Shown: positions 50,801 through 60,652, counted from the first letter of the stretch. The stretch is DNA of 64,000 nt from Lytechinus pictus (GCF_037042905.1 NC_087254.1:32240001-32304000), one strand, 5' to 3'. Notes: generated by a model from the sequence alone, not told the origin. Program-made: numbers and translations.

Positions 50801-53659
50801 TCTATTGAATCACGTACCTCTCTCGACCTAAGGTGGATTTTCCAATCGCCATAAAGATTATGCAGCCACAATCACAGTAGACACATCCATAAATGAATAT
50901 TAATTTCATTCGCTACGAATTTAATCCCCTACCCACAACAAAGTCACAAACATCCCATCATTTTCATCTGCATTGCCCACGGCCACCCCCCATTCTCTTT
51001 TTTTCCTTTACACAAATTAATTTCAAATGATATTTTGTTTTAAATCGTAGTTAAGCAATTGTACAACAAATTCATAAAGCATTCACTGTGATAACTAAAA
51101 ACATTTCTCAGGCCCGCGACAGGTGCGCTCATTATTTAATTGGCAGGCAAAGAGTAATAAAGAACAATACAAATGAAAATACACTGTACGTATAACTCAC
51201 ATTAAAAAAATGAGTCGTAATGATAAAAAATGTGAATAATATTAATAAAGATTATTACTTATGAAAATTATAACAGATTCAATGAATATATGAAAAAAAT
51301 CAAATTAAATTAGTTTTGGATCCCATCTAATTTTGGAAGACTATCGGATCCCCGGATCAAGGATTTTGATGCCATGTGCGATTTGTATTATGAATGTGAC
51401 CGTTGCGAGCGCGAGTGCAGCTGTGGCACAGAATTTGGTAGACACGCCGTCGCTAAATTAATCAACAGTTTCAAAAGATCGACGTAGAGATCAAGACTTT
51501 GGAAATAATGGAGTAAAATCGGAATTTAAATGTGAATAAATCATTTTGATGTAAGTAAATGAGTTGGACATTATATCAATCCATTCCATTGGCTTTGTCA
51601 TTATTAACGTGATCTTTGAATAGTTTTTCTCAATTCGCTCTACGGCAGTGTCATCAGAAATGCATTCAATGAATTCATGTAGATGTAGCTATAAAGGCTG
51701 GGGCCTGGGACGAGATGAAACTATATTTCGATCGAATTTTGATAGTAATTTTGACACACTTTATTTTTGACATAATAAGTTACAATATCAACTGAAATTC
51801 GTAATTTAATCTAAAATTACATTGCCCAAGCCAGTAACCCACGATACCTCTCTCCCCTCACTTGTTTTTGAGCGTATTTACTACCATTTTAAAGACTTAA
51901 ATAATGTGAGCAATGCGATACGCAAATGCGAGGTAAACATCTTCGCGCTTCCCACAAAAGAGATTGGGCCTCGAGTCGAGGTCGTATCGTATATAGCGCA
52001 CTAGTAGTAGTGAGTCAAAGAAATCCCGGGAAGAAATCGTGGACGAAATAATCGACAAGTTTATTTTAGGATCTGAAAAGCAGATTATTTCTTTATATAT
52101 TATTCAGTTTTTGTGTAGATCTAGGCCTGCTTTACAGTTGTCGGCCACGGTTGTCGGGGAAGTTCAGGGTTGGCGGATTTGCCCTGAAAATTTTCAGGCT
52201 TGGCGGCGCCCGCCAACCGTGACGCGTGGTAGCGAGAACGTTGTCTCAGACGAAATAAAGCCTGGAGCCATTGTTGCAGGAGCAAATGTTGTCACCAATT
52301 TTTTTTTATACACATCACGCCATGAACAAATGCTGTATGCATGAAATATTACAACTATAAATCATAGACAACTGGTCCTATGTGGAATTTCGTTTGCATT
52401 GAATTCCATTGTGTGAGTTTCACTGCCTGATAAATGGGAAATGCTATCATCTGAAGACTTATACATGATATGAATGATATGTAATACAAGGCAAAAGCGA
52501 TTTTGTGTCTCGCCCACTTATTAAAATAACCAGAAACATCGTGATTTGCGAGAGCACGCAACAGAATTGTATCAAAACTTCATTGTGAAATGACTTGGAT
52601 GGAATAACACTTAACATAAGAGTCTTGCACATAAACTTTAATGTTGACCTCAAAATGAACTTTGACCATACCATGTGGAGTTATATGTCATAAGGTTTGT
52701 GACGGACGGACGACATTTGGATCCCTAAGTCTCGCCTTCACCTCTGGTGGGCGAGACAAAAACTACAACTATCATTCATCTTTATCAATAATCATCTCGT
52801 AAATGATTCCTGTTTATTCCTCCATACATTCTTCAAAACCCAACCTGTCCAAATGATCTCTAAAGTGACCATTCTGTTCTTTCACTAGAACCAGATGACT
52901 AACTTACCTCTTAATAGAATGGTTCTGCCTGAACAGTTTCCCCAAGGCCTCAGCACCAGCCCCTCTCATGTTGTTTCCTTTCAGGTCCAAGACTCTGATA
53001 GACGTATTGGAACACAGCCCATGGAGGAGGTGTTTGCTACCTACAAAAACACAAAATACATCATTCATATCAGATTCTATCTTTCTGAAGCCTTGCTGTT
53101 TTAATAGACCAGTTCGGAGTTACCTCATGGGCAAGTTTGTACAATTGACCTTTCCTTTCTTCCATGAGGATAGGCAGATTTCAAAGCGAGGTATTACAAG
53201 AGTTAGCCTGACATAGCAGGATGCACAAACATCATAGACCAGATGACTAGAATAGCACATCAGTGAACGCTTTATGAAGGTTTTTGTTGCATTTCTACTT
53301 TGATTGCATTCGCATGTTGCTACAGTATTACAAATTTACAATGTACTTGGCGAACTGGTAAATACCATACTTGTTCGATCCTACATCTCACCTTCATCTC
53401 CAATCATGCAATCTGACAGCCTAAGCTCCTGAAAGATGTGATTCGTTGACAGGGCCCTTCCTAGCACTGAGCACGTCTGAGCAGTCAGTGATGTCGTAGA
53501 TAGGTCTAGAGTGGTCAGGGAAGACCTGGACCTGGACCTAGACCCGCTTCTGTGAAGTGAGGACTTGCCTTCTGGATCTAGCTGGTCGAGGACACTCTGC
53601 TGTGGAGCAATCCCATTCTCCCTACAGACCTGAAGATAGACCATCTTAAAGGAATCCAT
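11621..53659 (-). CDS. LRRC45: Leucine-rich repeat-containing protein 45; 11 coding exons, 2061 nt, about 686 aa (gene span)
   Basis: Exons joined by GT-AG introns with consistent phases: 53659-53392, 53040-52908, 48036-47858, 46983-46855, 46603-46354, 45900-45765, 45190-45001, 15328-15072, 14691-14518, 12614-12467, 11817-11621. N-terminal RI-type LRRs followed by a long coiled coil; colinear with vertebrate LRRC45 as recalled ([40 protein letters not shown]). Confidence 0.93.
12467..12614 (-). CDS. LRRC45: LRRC45 coding exon 10
   Basis: taatcag/ [10 protein letters not shown]...[13 protein letters not shown] /gtaaaa; not in the ORF track. Confidence 0.88.
13098..13713. mobile_element. Kolobok-type MITE (TTAA TSD)
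   Basis: ttaa-agggatggtcca ... tggaccatccct-ttaa; internally palindromic. Confidence 0.85.
14518..14691 (-). CDS. LRRC45: LRRC45 coding exon 9
   Basis: ttaacag/ [14 protein letters not shown]...[10 protein letters not shown] /gtgaat. Confidence 0.9.
14935..15055 (-). mobile_element. tRNA-derived SINE head fragment
   Basis: A-box-like TGGTGTTATGG, B box GGTTCGAATCT, followed by the SINE body ccttatacaaggcact. Confidence 0.55.
15072..15328 (-). CDS. LRRC45: LRRC45 coding exon 8
   Basis: ctctcag/ [11 protein letters not shown]...[11 protein letters not shown]...QVRDEE /gtaaga. Confidence 0.9.
16430..16808. mobile_element. Harbinger-like MITE nested in a degenerate CAGGG...CCCT element (about 15687-16905)
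   Basis: TIR tacccctttcacaaaccca / tgggtttgagaaaggggta with TWA-like flanks; internal gcggataatt repeats. Confidence 0.65.
17642..18254. mobile_element. Kolobok-type MITE (TTAA TSD)
   Basis: ttaa-aggccaagtccacccc ... ggggtggacttgtcct-ttaa. Confidence 0.88.
18285..19220 (+). repeat. Diverged tandem array of ~140-155-bp units
   Basis: Recurring aaattctgtgtagaagtttggtgaacctcatgaagct...aaatcggtcaacaaataaagaagcatttt. Confidence 0.8.
19752..19862 (+). repeat. Left TIR of the AcademH element (111 bp)
   Basis: TAGCCTCTGGTCGAGGCCC...TGTACCGAATT, exact reverse complement of 36772-36882. Confidence 0.97.
19999..23537 (+). CDS. Transposon-encoded RecQ-family SF2 DNA helicase; exons 19999-20461, 21835-21964, 22277-23537; 617 aa
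   Basis: Spliced frame is open (1854 nt, GT-AG introns of phase 1 and 2). Motifs: LPTGYGKS (I), [12 protein letters not shown] (Ia), VVDESH (II), ALTAT (III), IIFARS (IV), [11 protein letters not shown] (V), [10 protein letters not shown] (VI), RQC-type Zn site CRR...CCDIC, acidic tail. Alternative start at 19978. Confidence 0.92.
25590..25865 (+). mobile_element. Decayed RTE-clade LINE 3' fragment nested in the AcademH element
   Basis: Translates with frameshifts as [24 protein letters not shown]...WKRQVE...[18 protein letters not shown], typical of an RTE C-terminus; short ACT tail. Confidence 0.7.
28223..28750. mobile_element. TTAA-flanked non-autonomous element nested in AcademH
   Basis: Degenerate TIR: ttaatgaaattccagt ... 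actggaatttatctttaa. Confidence 0.5.
29760..36029 (-). CDS. Academ-type DDE transposase; exons 36029-35511, 35082-34855, 33268-32465, 32080-31823, 30839-29760; about 962 aa
   Basis: Five exons with four phase-0 GT-AG introns give an open 2889-nt frame. N-terminal AT-hook (RPGRGRPR) and CxxC...CxxC; candidate catalytic residues in NGDNVD, GGDLLT and LDRENEHHN; DDFH motif; GTLYASRN; inserted C2H2 finger CPLC...HTEQQH. The start codon is less certain. Confidence 0.85.
31016..31168. other. Assembly gap (153 N) next to a (CTAT)n microsatellite, in transposase intron 4
   Basis: Run of N. Confidence 1.
33992..34554. mobile_element. Kolobok-type MITE (TTAA TSD) inside a transposase intron
   Basis: ttaa-aggtagagtccacccc ... 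ggggtggacttgtct-ttaa; diverged copy of the family at 17642, 37801 and 40850. Confidence 0.8.
36772..36882 (-). repeat. Right TIR of the AcademH element (111 bp)
   Basis: AATTCGGTACAG...GACCAGAGGCTA, followed by the TSD GCACTCCAC. Confidence 0.97.
37443..38444. mobile_element. Harbinger-like MITE carrying a nested Kolobok-type MITE (37801-38391)
   Basis: Outer IR gactaagaccccgttctca / tgagaacggtgtcttagtc; inner ttaa-aggacaagtccacccc ... ggggtggacttgacct-ttaa. Confidence 0.75.
38705..39165. mobile_element. MITE with poly-G/poly-C TIRs
   Basis: gggggcagtcaaatatattgctgtacacac ... gtgtgtacagcaataaatttgactgccccc. Confidence 0.75.
40548..40812 (-). mobile_element. tRNA-derived SINE
   Basis: A box TGGTGTAGCGG, B box GCTTGAATCC, LINE-like tail aagcgcttagagac...(att)n. 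Confidence 0.75.
40850..41447. mobile_element. Kolobok-type MITE
   Basis: ttaa-aggtcaagtccacc ... ggtggacttgtcct-tta(t). Confidence 0.85.
41859..44932 (+). mobile_element. Decayed full-length hAT transposon (Tip100/ZMYM-like transposase pseudogene, about 42570-44590)
   Basis: 8-bp TSD CTTAAAGA (41851-41858, 44933-44940); imperfect TIR cagaggcatagc / gctacgccagtg; motifs [14 protein letters not shown]...[48 protein letters not shown]; many stops and frameshifts. Confidence 0.88.
45001..45190 (-). CDS. LRRC45: LRRC45 coding exon 7
   Basis: ccaacag/ EKVACETKL...[11 protein letters not shown] /gtaggc, phase 1. Confidence 0.88.
45765..45900 (-). CDS. LRRC45: LRRC45 coding exon 6
   Basis: tgtttag/ [10 protein letters not shown]...EMQALRE /gtaggt. 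Confidence 0.88.
46354..46603 (-). CDS. LRRC45: LRRC45 coding exon 5
   Basis: tttacag/ [10 protein letters not shown]...[17 protein letters not shown] /gtaagt; start of the coiled coil. Confidence 0.9.
46855..46983 (-). CDS. LRRC45: LRRC45 coding exon 4
   Basis: aaacag/ [43 protein letters not shown] /gtaagt. Confidence 0.92.
47858..48036 (-). CDS. LRRC45: LRRC45 coding exon 3
   Basis: ttttcag/ VCLEWNAVG...[20 protein letters not shown]...LQNI /gttagt. Confidence 0.92.
48139..48712. mobile_element. Kolobok-type MITE (TTAA TSD)
   Basis: ttaa-atggatgctccgggctga ... tcagcctggagtatccct-ttaa. Confidence 0.78.
48860..52243. mobile_element. 3.4-kb non-autonomous DNA transposon with 12-bp TIR and 8-bp TSD; superfamily unassigned
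   Basis: TIR CAACGTTCTCGC / GCGAGAACGTTG; TSD TCTCAGAC at 48852-48859 and 52244-52251; no long ORF. Confidence 0.85.
49339..49499. mobile_element. Short palindromic MITE
   Basis: tacctcggtcacatttg...cgagtcgaaaacagccgtttt / aaaacggctgttttcgactcg...caaatgtgaccgaggta. Confidence 0.75.
52908..53040 (-). CDS. LRRC45: LRRC45 coding exon 2
   Basis: ttttgtag/ [44 protein letters not shown] /gtaagt; not in the ORF track. Confidence 0.92.
53392..53659 (-). CDS. LRRC45: LRRC45 coding exon 1
   Basis: ATG at 53659, [16 protein letters not shown]...LSDCMIGDE; donor G/gtgaga, phase 1. Confidence 0.9.
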
Positions 53660-54386
53660 GTTGTCTATAGATATGGAGTCAATCTCAAACCTGCATCTGA
53701 CCAAAAGGTGACAAAAAGGACATCTATTACTTTAATATTGCATATTAGCAACTGTTGAAGGAGTAGAATCTATGTACTCTCATAAGATAACCTGAAATCT
53801 GCATTCCTGACCAACACTAAACTTGCCCTAAGCATTAGTGCTTCTATCTTCTAACTAAATAAACAATGAAATGTAAATCTGAGACACTAGTTTAATTTTG
53901 AGAAATATTTGATTGAAAGGTCCAATTTTTATAAATGGAAAAAAAATCTAAAGCTATGCCGGTCCTAAAGCTACACACCACTCATCGCACATGCAATTTC
54001 AATGGCTAAATGCATGCTCTTTCTGTGGAAATGCAACTGCAGTGTAGCAAAAGATTCCTATTCATTTTTCTATGTACAGAGGCAGTGAAATCAAGAGTGT
54101 TCGAAAAACACAGCAGGATTCTCATTTTAGTCAGTTTTGTGATATTTTCTTCTTGGTCAATGATCTTTAGAATATTCATCACAAATTAGAGTAAGACAAG
54201 ACAATATGTTCAAATATTAACATTGTCATAGTTTTTATTGTTTGTAAACAAATTTCAGCATCGAAATAATGCGGATAACTCTGGTCCCGCTCAGATTTTA
54301 CAACCAAATTATGTGGATATTATCCGCATAATTGGGATTGTGAAAGGGGCACTATTATTTAATGAAGGGCGGTTCAAGACTCCAAC

Positions 54387-55234
54387 TAGACAGGAATAAC
54401 CGTCGTTTCTGGGGATTTATTCAACAATTTCTGACATTTTACTGTAATCCCCATTTACCGACGGTAGGGTGTACGTGTGGGCTCGCATGTGTTCTCATTC
54501 CCTCCCTTTTGTCAATTCACAGTCCAAAGTTTGATGTAATTTTACACATCGAATTTACAATCTAAGGTCTTAAGGATGTATAAACAACAAACTTTTAATT
54601 GATGATATTCCAACGTTTAAATACTTTAAACGATATAGATGAAAAAGGCATGAAAAATATACTTTACCGATGTTTAATTGGGTTGAACACGATAAAAATG
54701 GTCAAAATGGCAGCCAAACTATAAAATATTTACAAACGAACGTCAACAATCACGAATGTGATATCGATATTGCTTTCGATATTATACGATCTGCTCCATA
54801 TGCGAACGAAACCGAAGATAAACGATACTAGTTATACTAGTACGAGTACTAGTTATAATCGCGATATATCGATTCGAGACATTAAGTTAATAACGACAAT
54901 GACGTCATTCAAGATGGCAACTTGCAAGAAAAACCGTCAGGTCAGGTGAAAATGTCTTAGATGACAGATTTCTCAATCATCCAGAGGATTTTTTTCAATA
55001 ACTCCGGCCCAAGGTATGCAATTACTTAAGTTATATATATTTCCCTGATAATGGAAACCATGAAACTTTCAATTTTGCTTAAAAAACAGTTTTAAATCGC
55101 GATCTATAAAACGCTAGTTCACTATACGTTGGCTGTAGGTACGGGGCCCCATCCCCTTCAGTCTATGTATGGTGAGTGGAGCCAACGTAGTTCAGCGGAA
55201 CAACCAAAATACAGAGACTGAAGCTTTTGGTCTA
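54387..55234 (-). mobile_element. 848-bp non-autonomous TAG...CTA element with 9-bp TSD (AcademH-like)
   Basis: TSD GACTCCAAC at 54378-54386 and 55235-55243; termini TAGAC.../...GTCTA; its last ~65 bp match the adjacent 450-bp family. Confidence 0.82.
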
Positions 55235-55317
55235 GACTCCAACATGTCCAATGATGAAGAAGTATACGTACTTTAATATGTCAAAGTATTTTTTAAAAAC
55301 ATCATCATGGAGTCCTC

Positions 55318-55766
55318 TAGACCAAAAGCTTCAATCTCTGTTATGTTGGTTGTTCAGCTGAACTCCGTTGGCTTCACTCACCAAATACAGAGACCGAAGT
55401 TCTAGCGCGATCTGTACAGGGGACTCAATGGCCATATGTTTATGTACTTAAGATCGGATAAAACGGGGAAGTGAATTTGCGCGACAGCCGAGGTAAGTCA
55501 CTGTTTTTGTTCCTTTTAACTTGATTTTTCTCCGTTTTTTGGCAATTAATGCCAAGAGGGAATATTAATTTGCATTTTGGTCACGTTCATTTTCAAAATT
55601 TTTATTCATTAAAGACAAAAATTGAAGAGCCCCGACGGGGGGATTTTGCATTGCAAGTCTTCTAATGGTGGCTGCACGATAGCGAGCCGTCTGTGTATGA
55701 GGAGAAATTAAAAAAAAAAAAAAAATGTTAAAAAACTCCTCAAAACAGACGGCTGCCAGCTGTCTA
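55318..55766 (+). mobile_element. ~450-bp non-autonomous TAG...CTA element, copy A1
   Basis: TAGACCAAAAGC...CCAGCTGTCTA, flanked by GGAGTCCTC on both sides. Confidence 0.88.
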
Positions 55767-55775
55767 GGAGTCCTC

Positions 55776-56236
55776 TAGACAGCTGGCAGCCGTCTGTTTC
55801 GAGGAGTTTTTTAAACATTTTTTATTTTTTTTTTATTTCTCCTCATACACAGACGGCTCGCTATCGTGCAGCCACCATTAGGGGACTTACAATGCAAAAT
55901 CCCCCCGTCGGGGCTCTTCAATTTTTGTCTTTAATGAATCAAACTTTTGAAAATTAACGCGACAGAAATGCAAATGAATATTCCCTCTTGGCTCTTGGCA
56001 TTAATTGCCAAAAAACGGGGAAAATCAAGTTAAAAGGAACAAAAACAGTGACTTACCTCGGCTGTCGCGCAACTTCACTGCCCTGTTTTATCCGAACTTA
56101 ATACACATAAACATATGGCCATTGAGTCCCCTGAACAGATCGCGCTAGAACTTCGGTCTCTATCTATATTTGGTAAGTGAAGCCAACGGAGTTCAGCTGA
56201 ACAACCAACATAACAGAGACCGAAGCTTTTGGTCTA
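55776..56236 (-). mobile_element. Copy A2, inverted, at the same target site as A1
   Basis: Flanked by GGAGTCCTC (55767-55775 and 56237-56245). Confidence 0.88.
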
Positions 56237-56343
56237 GGAGTCCTCAAGACTACACCCGCCAGCAGGAGACAGATCCCACCGTGAGAGCGGAGCCGGAGAG
56301 CTCCGAGTCGAGTCGAGTCCACTCACTCAAGCATGCGAGGACT

Positions 56344-56791
56344 TAGACCAAAAGCTTCGGTCTCTGTTATGTTGGTTGTTCAGCTGAACTCCGTTGGCTT
56401 CACTCACCAAATACAGAGACCGAAGTTCTAGCGCGATCTGTACAGGGGACTCAATGGCCATATGTTTATGTACTTAAGATCGGATAAAACGGGGAAGTGA
56501 ATTTGCGCGACAGCCGAGGTAAGTCACTGTTTTTGTTCCTTTTAACTTGATTTTTCTCCGTTTTTTGGCAATTAATGCCAAGAGGGAATATTAATTTGCA
56601 TTTTGGTCGCGTTAATTTTCAAAATTTTAATTCATTAAAGACAAAAATTGAAGAGCCCCGACGGGGGGATTTTGCATTGCAAGTCCCCTAATGGTGGCTG
56701 CACGCTAGCGAGCCGTCTGTGTACGAGGAGAAATTAAAAAAAAAAAAAAAAGTTAAAAAACTCCTCGAAACAGACGGCTGCCAGCTGTCTA
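56344..56791 (+). mobile_element. Copy A3
   Basis: Flanked by GCGAGGACT (56335-56343 and 56792-56800). Confidence 0.88.
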
Positions 56792-56800
56792 GCGAGGACT

Positions 56801-57014
56801 TAGACCAAAAGCTTCGGTCTCCGTTATGTTGGTTGTTCAGCTGAACTCTGTTGGCTTCACTCACCAAATACAAAGACCGAAGTTCTAGCGCGATCTGTAC
56901 AGCCTACAGGGGACTCAGTCAATGGCCATATGTTTATGTGTATTAAGTTCGGATAAAACAGGGCAGTGAAGTTGCGCGACAGCCGAGGTAAGTCACTGTT
57001 TTTGTTCCTTTTAA
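56801..57014 (+). mobile_element. Copy A4, truncated, in tandem with A3
   Basis: Starts TAGACCAAAAGC directly after the TSD; similarity ends near 57014. Confidence 0.8.
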
Positions 57015-60000
57015 GCTCTGCCCGAGTTGCTACACTGGCACTGGCAAACGATGTCGGCGGCCGGTGCGGTGGTGACGCCGCGTCGCTTGCCTTCAGCGAC
57101 GTGCGACAAATACAAACGAGATCGAGAGACGAGACAAGAAGAATTTTGAGATAACAATATATGAAGAAATAATATCTAGCACTGGCCTCTAAGGTTGATC
57201 TAAATTACTTGTTATTCCCTTACCCGTACTAAGTGAATCACTCACACACGCATGCGAGCTTAGCGAATGTGATATAAAAATGAAGAAAATCCGGAGGGAG
57301 CTCGGAACTTTGCCATTTGCGTGCAGTCTTGAAAATCAATTCTTGTTTATTTACGAAACTATGGTGTCTGTAGCGTAGCAAAAAGAAAAATGAATGTATA
57401 CCCTCATATATCTGCAGCGCAGGCGTTGAAAAAGGTGAAAATTACTGGAAAATTTTTGACAGACATATTTGCTAGGTTCTCGACAAACAGAGTTCTCACA
57501 TGAGTCACATTCGAATAAGTTTCTATTTCTTATAAATCTGTTTTTTGGGTCTCACAAAATACATATCATTTTACGAGTAATTATTTTGTTTCATATTTCT
57601 TGTAAAAAAAAAGAAACTCGCAAGCTAGTAATATTATAATTTAATTCTGATCCCCGGTTCTGATCACAAGAAAAACCTATTGCAAAATAATCTTTTTTAA
57701 ATAAGAGCAAAATTTCGTGACGAGATTGCTTACGTACCTGAGTGGGCAGCTCTGCGGCCTCGTACTTCCCCTAACATAGCTTAGATGCCCCCAACAACAA
57801 CATCAACATAAATGACCAAAAATTGGCAAGTAGAAAACAGGGGGGAGATAGGTGGAAAACAGAGTGAGAAGGGCGGAGGCATACTTGGATTATGATTGGA
57901 CGGGGGTGTGAGGCTCGGGGCTTGAAACCCTTACCAATTTCTAAGGATAATTTGATCGTGGGGAACAGGCACCCATGCATGTCTAAGGATTTTCTCAAAG
58001 TACACACCTATGCATGCCTAGGATTTTCATTAAGACCCATTTTCCAAATTAGGAAGTCCAGAATCTCGTGCAGAATCTTTGTTCTCCGAACATCATCAGG
58101 CCGAAATTACCGGGTAAATCCCGGGGCAAATCCTCGCGCCACGGCTGCATGGGAATGTGATATCCATGCAACCCAATTATGCCGGGGCTGGCAGCCTTCG
58201 CCAAGAGGGGGGGGGGCATATTTTTTTTTTACTGGCCACATTTTCCCGGATCGCGGCCGCTCGAAGTTGATATTTGTTTGTTTCTATGAAGGAGTAGTCC
58301 TAATAGTTCTTAGCTTTATTGTTATAAATCAACATGAATATATAATAATCACATAAACCTTACTTAAATCACGAAGCTAGCTCTATGCTTAAATTGTGAG
58401 CGCAAAGCGCGAGCTATTTTTTTATTTCATGTATTTTGTCCTAAAATTTAAACGATATCTGTATCGAACTATATAATAACCGCGAGCGCGAAGCACGAGC
58501 AGACATTTTTAATTTACGTCTTTATCTGATCAAAAAAAGGATATGTTAACGGCTGCTTGCAGTTAGCCATGAAGACGTTACATATTTCAACAATCAAATA
58601 ATGCGATCGCGAGCTGAAAATTTTGAAATTTCTACCTGAAGAATGGAAATTCTAAGCAATCTTTGAAATCGTGAAAATGGTTAACTATATAACTAAACAA
58701 TAATGCGAGCGCGAGAGGAAAATTTCGAGATTTACACCTAAAAATATGATACTTTATTCATGTTTTGTAATTTATTAAAAGGATGAGTAATTGGAAATCT
58801 TCCTACATTATATAATGCGAAAGATTTACACCTAAAAATATGATACTTTATTCACGTTTTGTAATTTATTAAAAGGATGAGTAATTGGAAATCTTCCTAC
58901 ATTATATAATGCGACCGAGCGCAAAGCGCGAACATAAATTTTGGATAATGTGATCTGAAACTGTACATATATAGGCTCATAGGCCCGAATTCACAAAGGT
59001 GGTTTTGAAAACCCACGGTAGAGTCCATGGTTTATGCAGATTTCCTGTATAAATTACGCTTAATTTAGCGCGTATCGGGCGCGTGTATAAAACATGTCCT
59101 ATGCTGATGCGCGCATTTGTCACAGTGCGCCAAATTGACGCCTGTTACCATGGTTAGATACGCTATTTTATTCATGAGTCCACTGTTTTTAATCATGAGT
59201 CCACTCTTCAAACAGTGGACTCATGAATAAAATAGCGTAAATTTTACAGAGCACTTTCTAAGATTTGTAAATCAAACAAAATTAAGTTCGATTTCCGACC
59301 TGAAATATGTTTTGTATATTGACTTCAAAATTTGATATTTAAGCTCCATATTGAGCAAGATGTGTTAGCACCTAAAAGGCAATGTGAGCGCGAAGCGCAA
59401 GCGAAAATTTTATATAGTGACATGATATGTTTTTCTAAAAATGATTTTAAGTCTTCCCCTCATTTTATTTTATTCACTCGTCTTCCTCCTCTTATGTTGA
59501 TCCGGCCTTTTTTTATCCTCTTTTTCCCATTCTTTTTTTCTTTCCCTCTTTTTTTTTTGCTCAACCAATAGGGGGAAGGCCGGGCCCCTCCCCCCTGGAT
59601 CCGCCTATGCAATGTGCCACATTGTAAAAAACATGCATAAAAATTATGTACGATACAGTATACGGTCGGCCGAGTGTGCCAAATAGGCATAGAAAAAGTA
59701 CCCCGGTGCCCATTGCTATCGTACTAAGATGTGGAAAGACTACAGGTAGAATCTACACGTCCCGGGTTTCCGGCTACTCGTACTCTCTAAGGGTCTTTTC
59801 CTGGGGATTCTTATAGATACAAGTATTTGGGGCATTTTTTTCAGAAACGGACCCATGTCTATAAGGTTTATTCAGTTGAAAAATAGGACCCATTGCTAAG
59901 GATATCTTACAATAGCAAGACCCATGTCAGAGGGTTTTTTTTTTTGCGAAACGACCCACTGGAGCGGCACATCCCCGTATGCGATATACACGAGTACCCC

Positions 60001-60439
60001 CCCCCCCCCCCCCCCACACCCGATGGAAGTACACAGCGGGGAGAGGATAGAGGGCAGCCCCATGAAAATTTGAATTCATATATTTTTTACATAAAATTTT
60101 TACAAAATATATCAAGAGCGGTGTGCAGGAGTCCTTTAATTTCATTTTAGAAAATGCAACAACGCTCCATGACAAACTCGGTTGATTCGTTCCCTTAATT
60201 GCATTCGAGTTTCTTAAAAAAATCGTATGCCTTAAAAAAAAATCATGATTAAAACTGTTCGCGTCCTTGAACAGTCACATTCAATTATTCATTGATTCTT
60301 CTGCTATCAAACATTTTTAAATAGCATACATTTGTTCACGCAATTTGTTCTTAATTCTCTCTCTCTCTCTCTGCAGTTGAATTAAGTTACCCCCTCCCCT
60401 AGGCTAATATCCGAGACATTTTAATACTTGTCATCATTG

Positions 60440-60652
60440 CATTGGCGGCAGAAGCCAAACAATTTAGAGGGGACCACCAAAAAATTTTGACATGCAAAAA
60501 AAAAGGTCATATATCAACCAATATTTTAGGGGGGACCGACAAAAAATTTTGACAAGCAAAAAAAAAAAAAAAAAAGGTCAACGAAAAATTTAGGGGGATC
60601 GTCCCCCCCCCCCACCTCAAATTTAGGGGTCCCCCCGCTTCCGCCGCCTATG
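60440..60652. mobile_element. hAT-like MITE
   Basis: cattggcggcagaagc ... gcttccgccgcctatg; CTTGTCAT on both flanks (left copy offset by 5 bp). Confidence 0.6.

Noticed and set aside
55318-56236. Palindrome as an assembly fold-back artefact
   Set aside because: The arms differ by several substitutions and indels that are shared with other copies, and the TSD is present three times.
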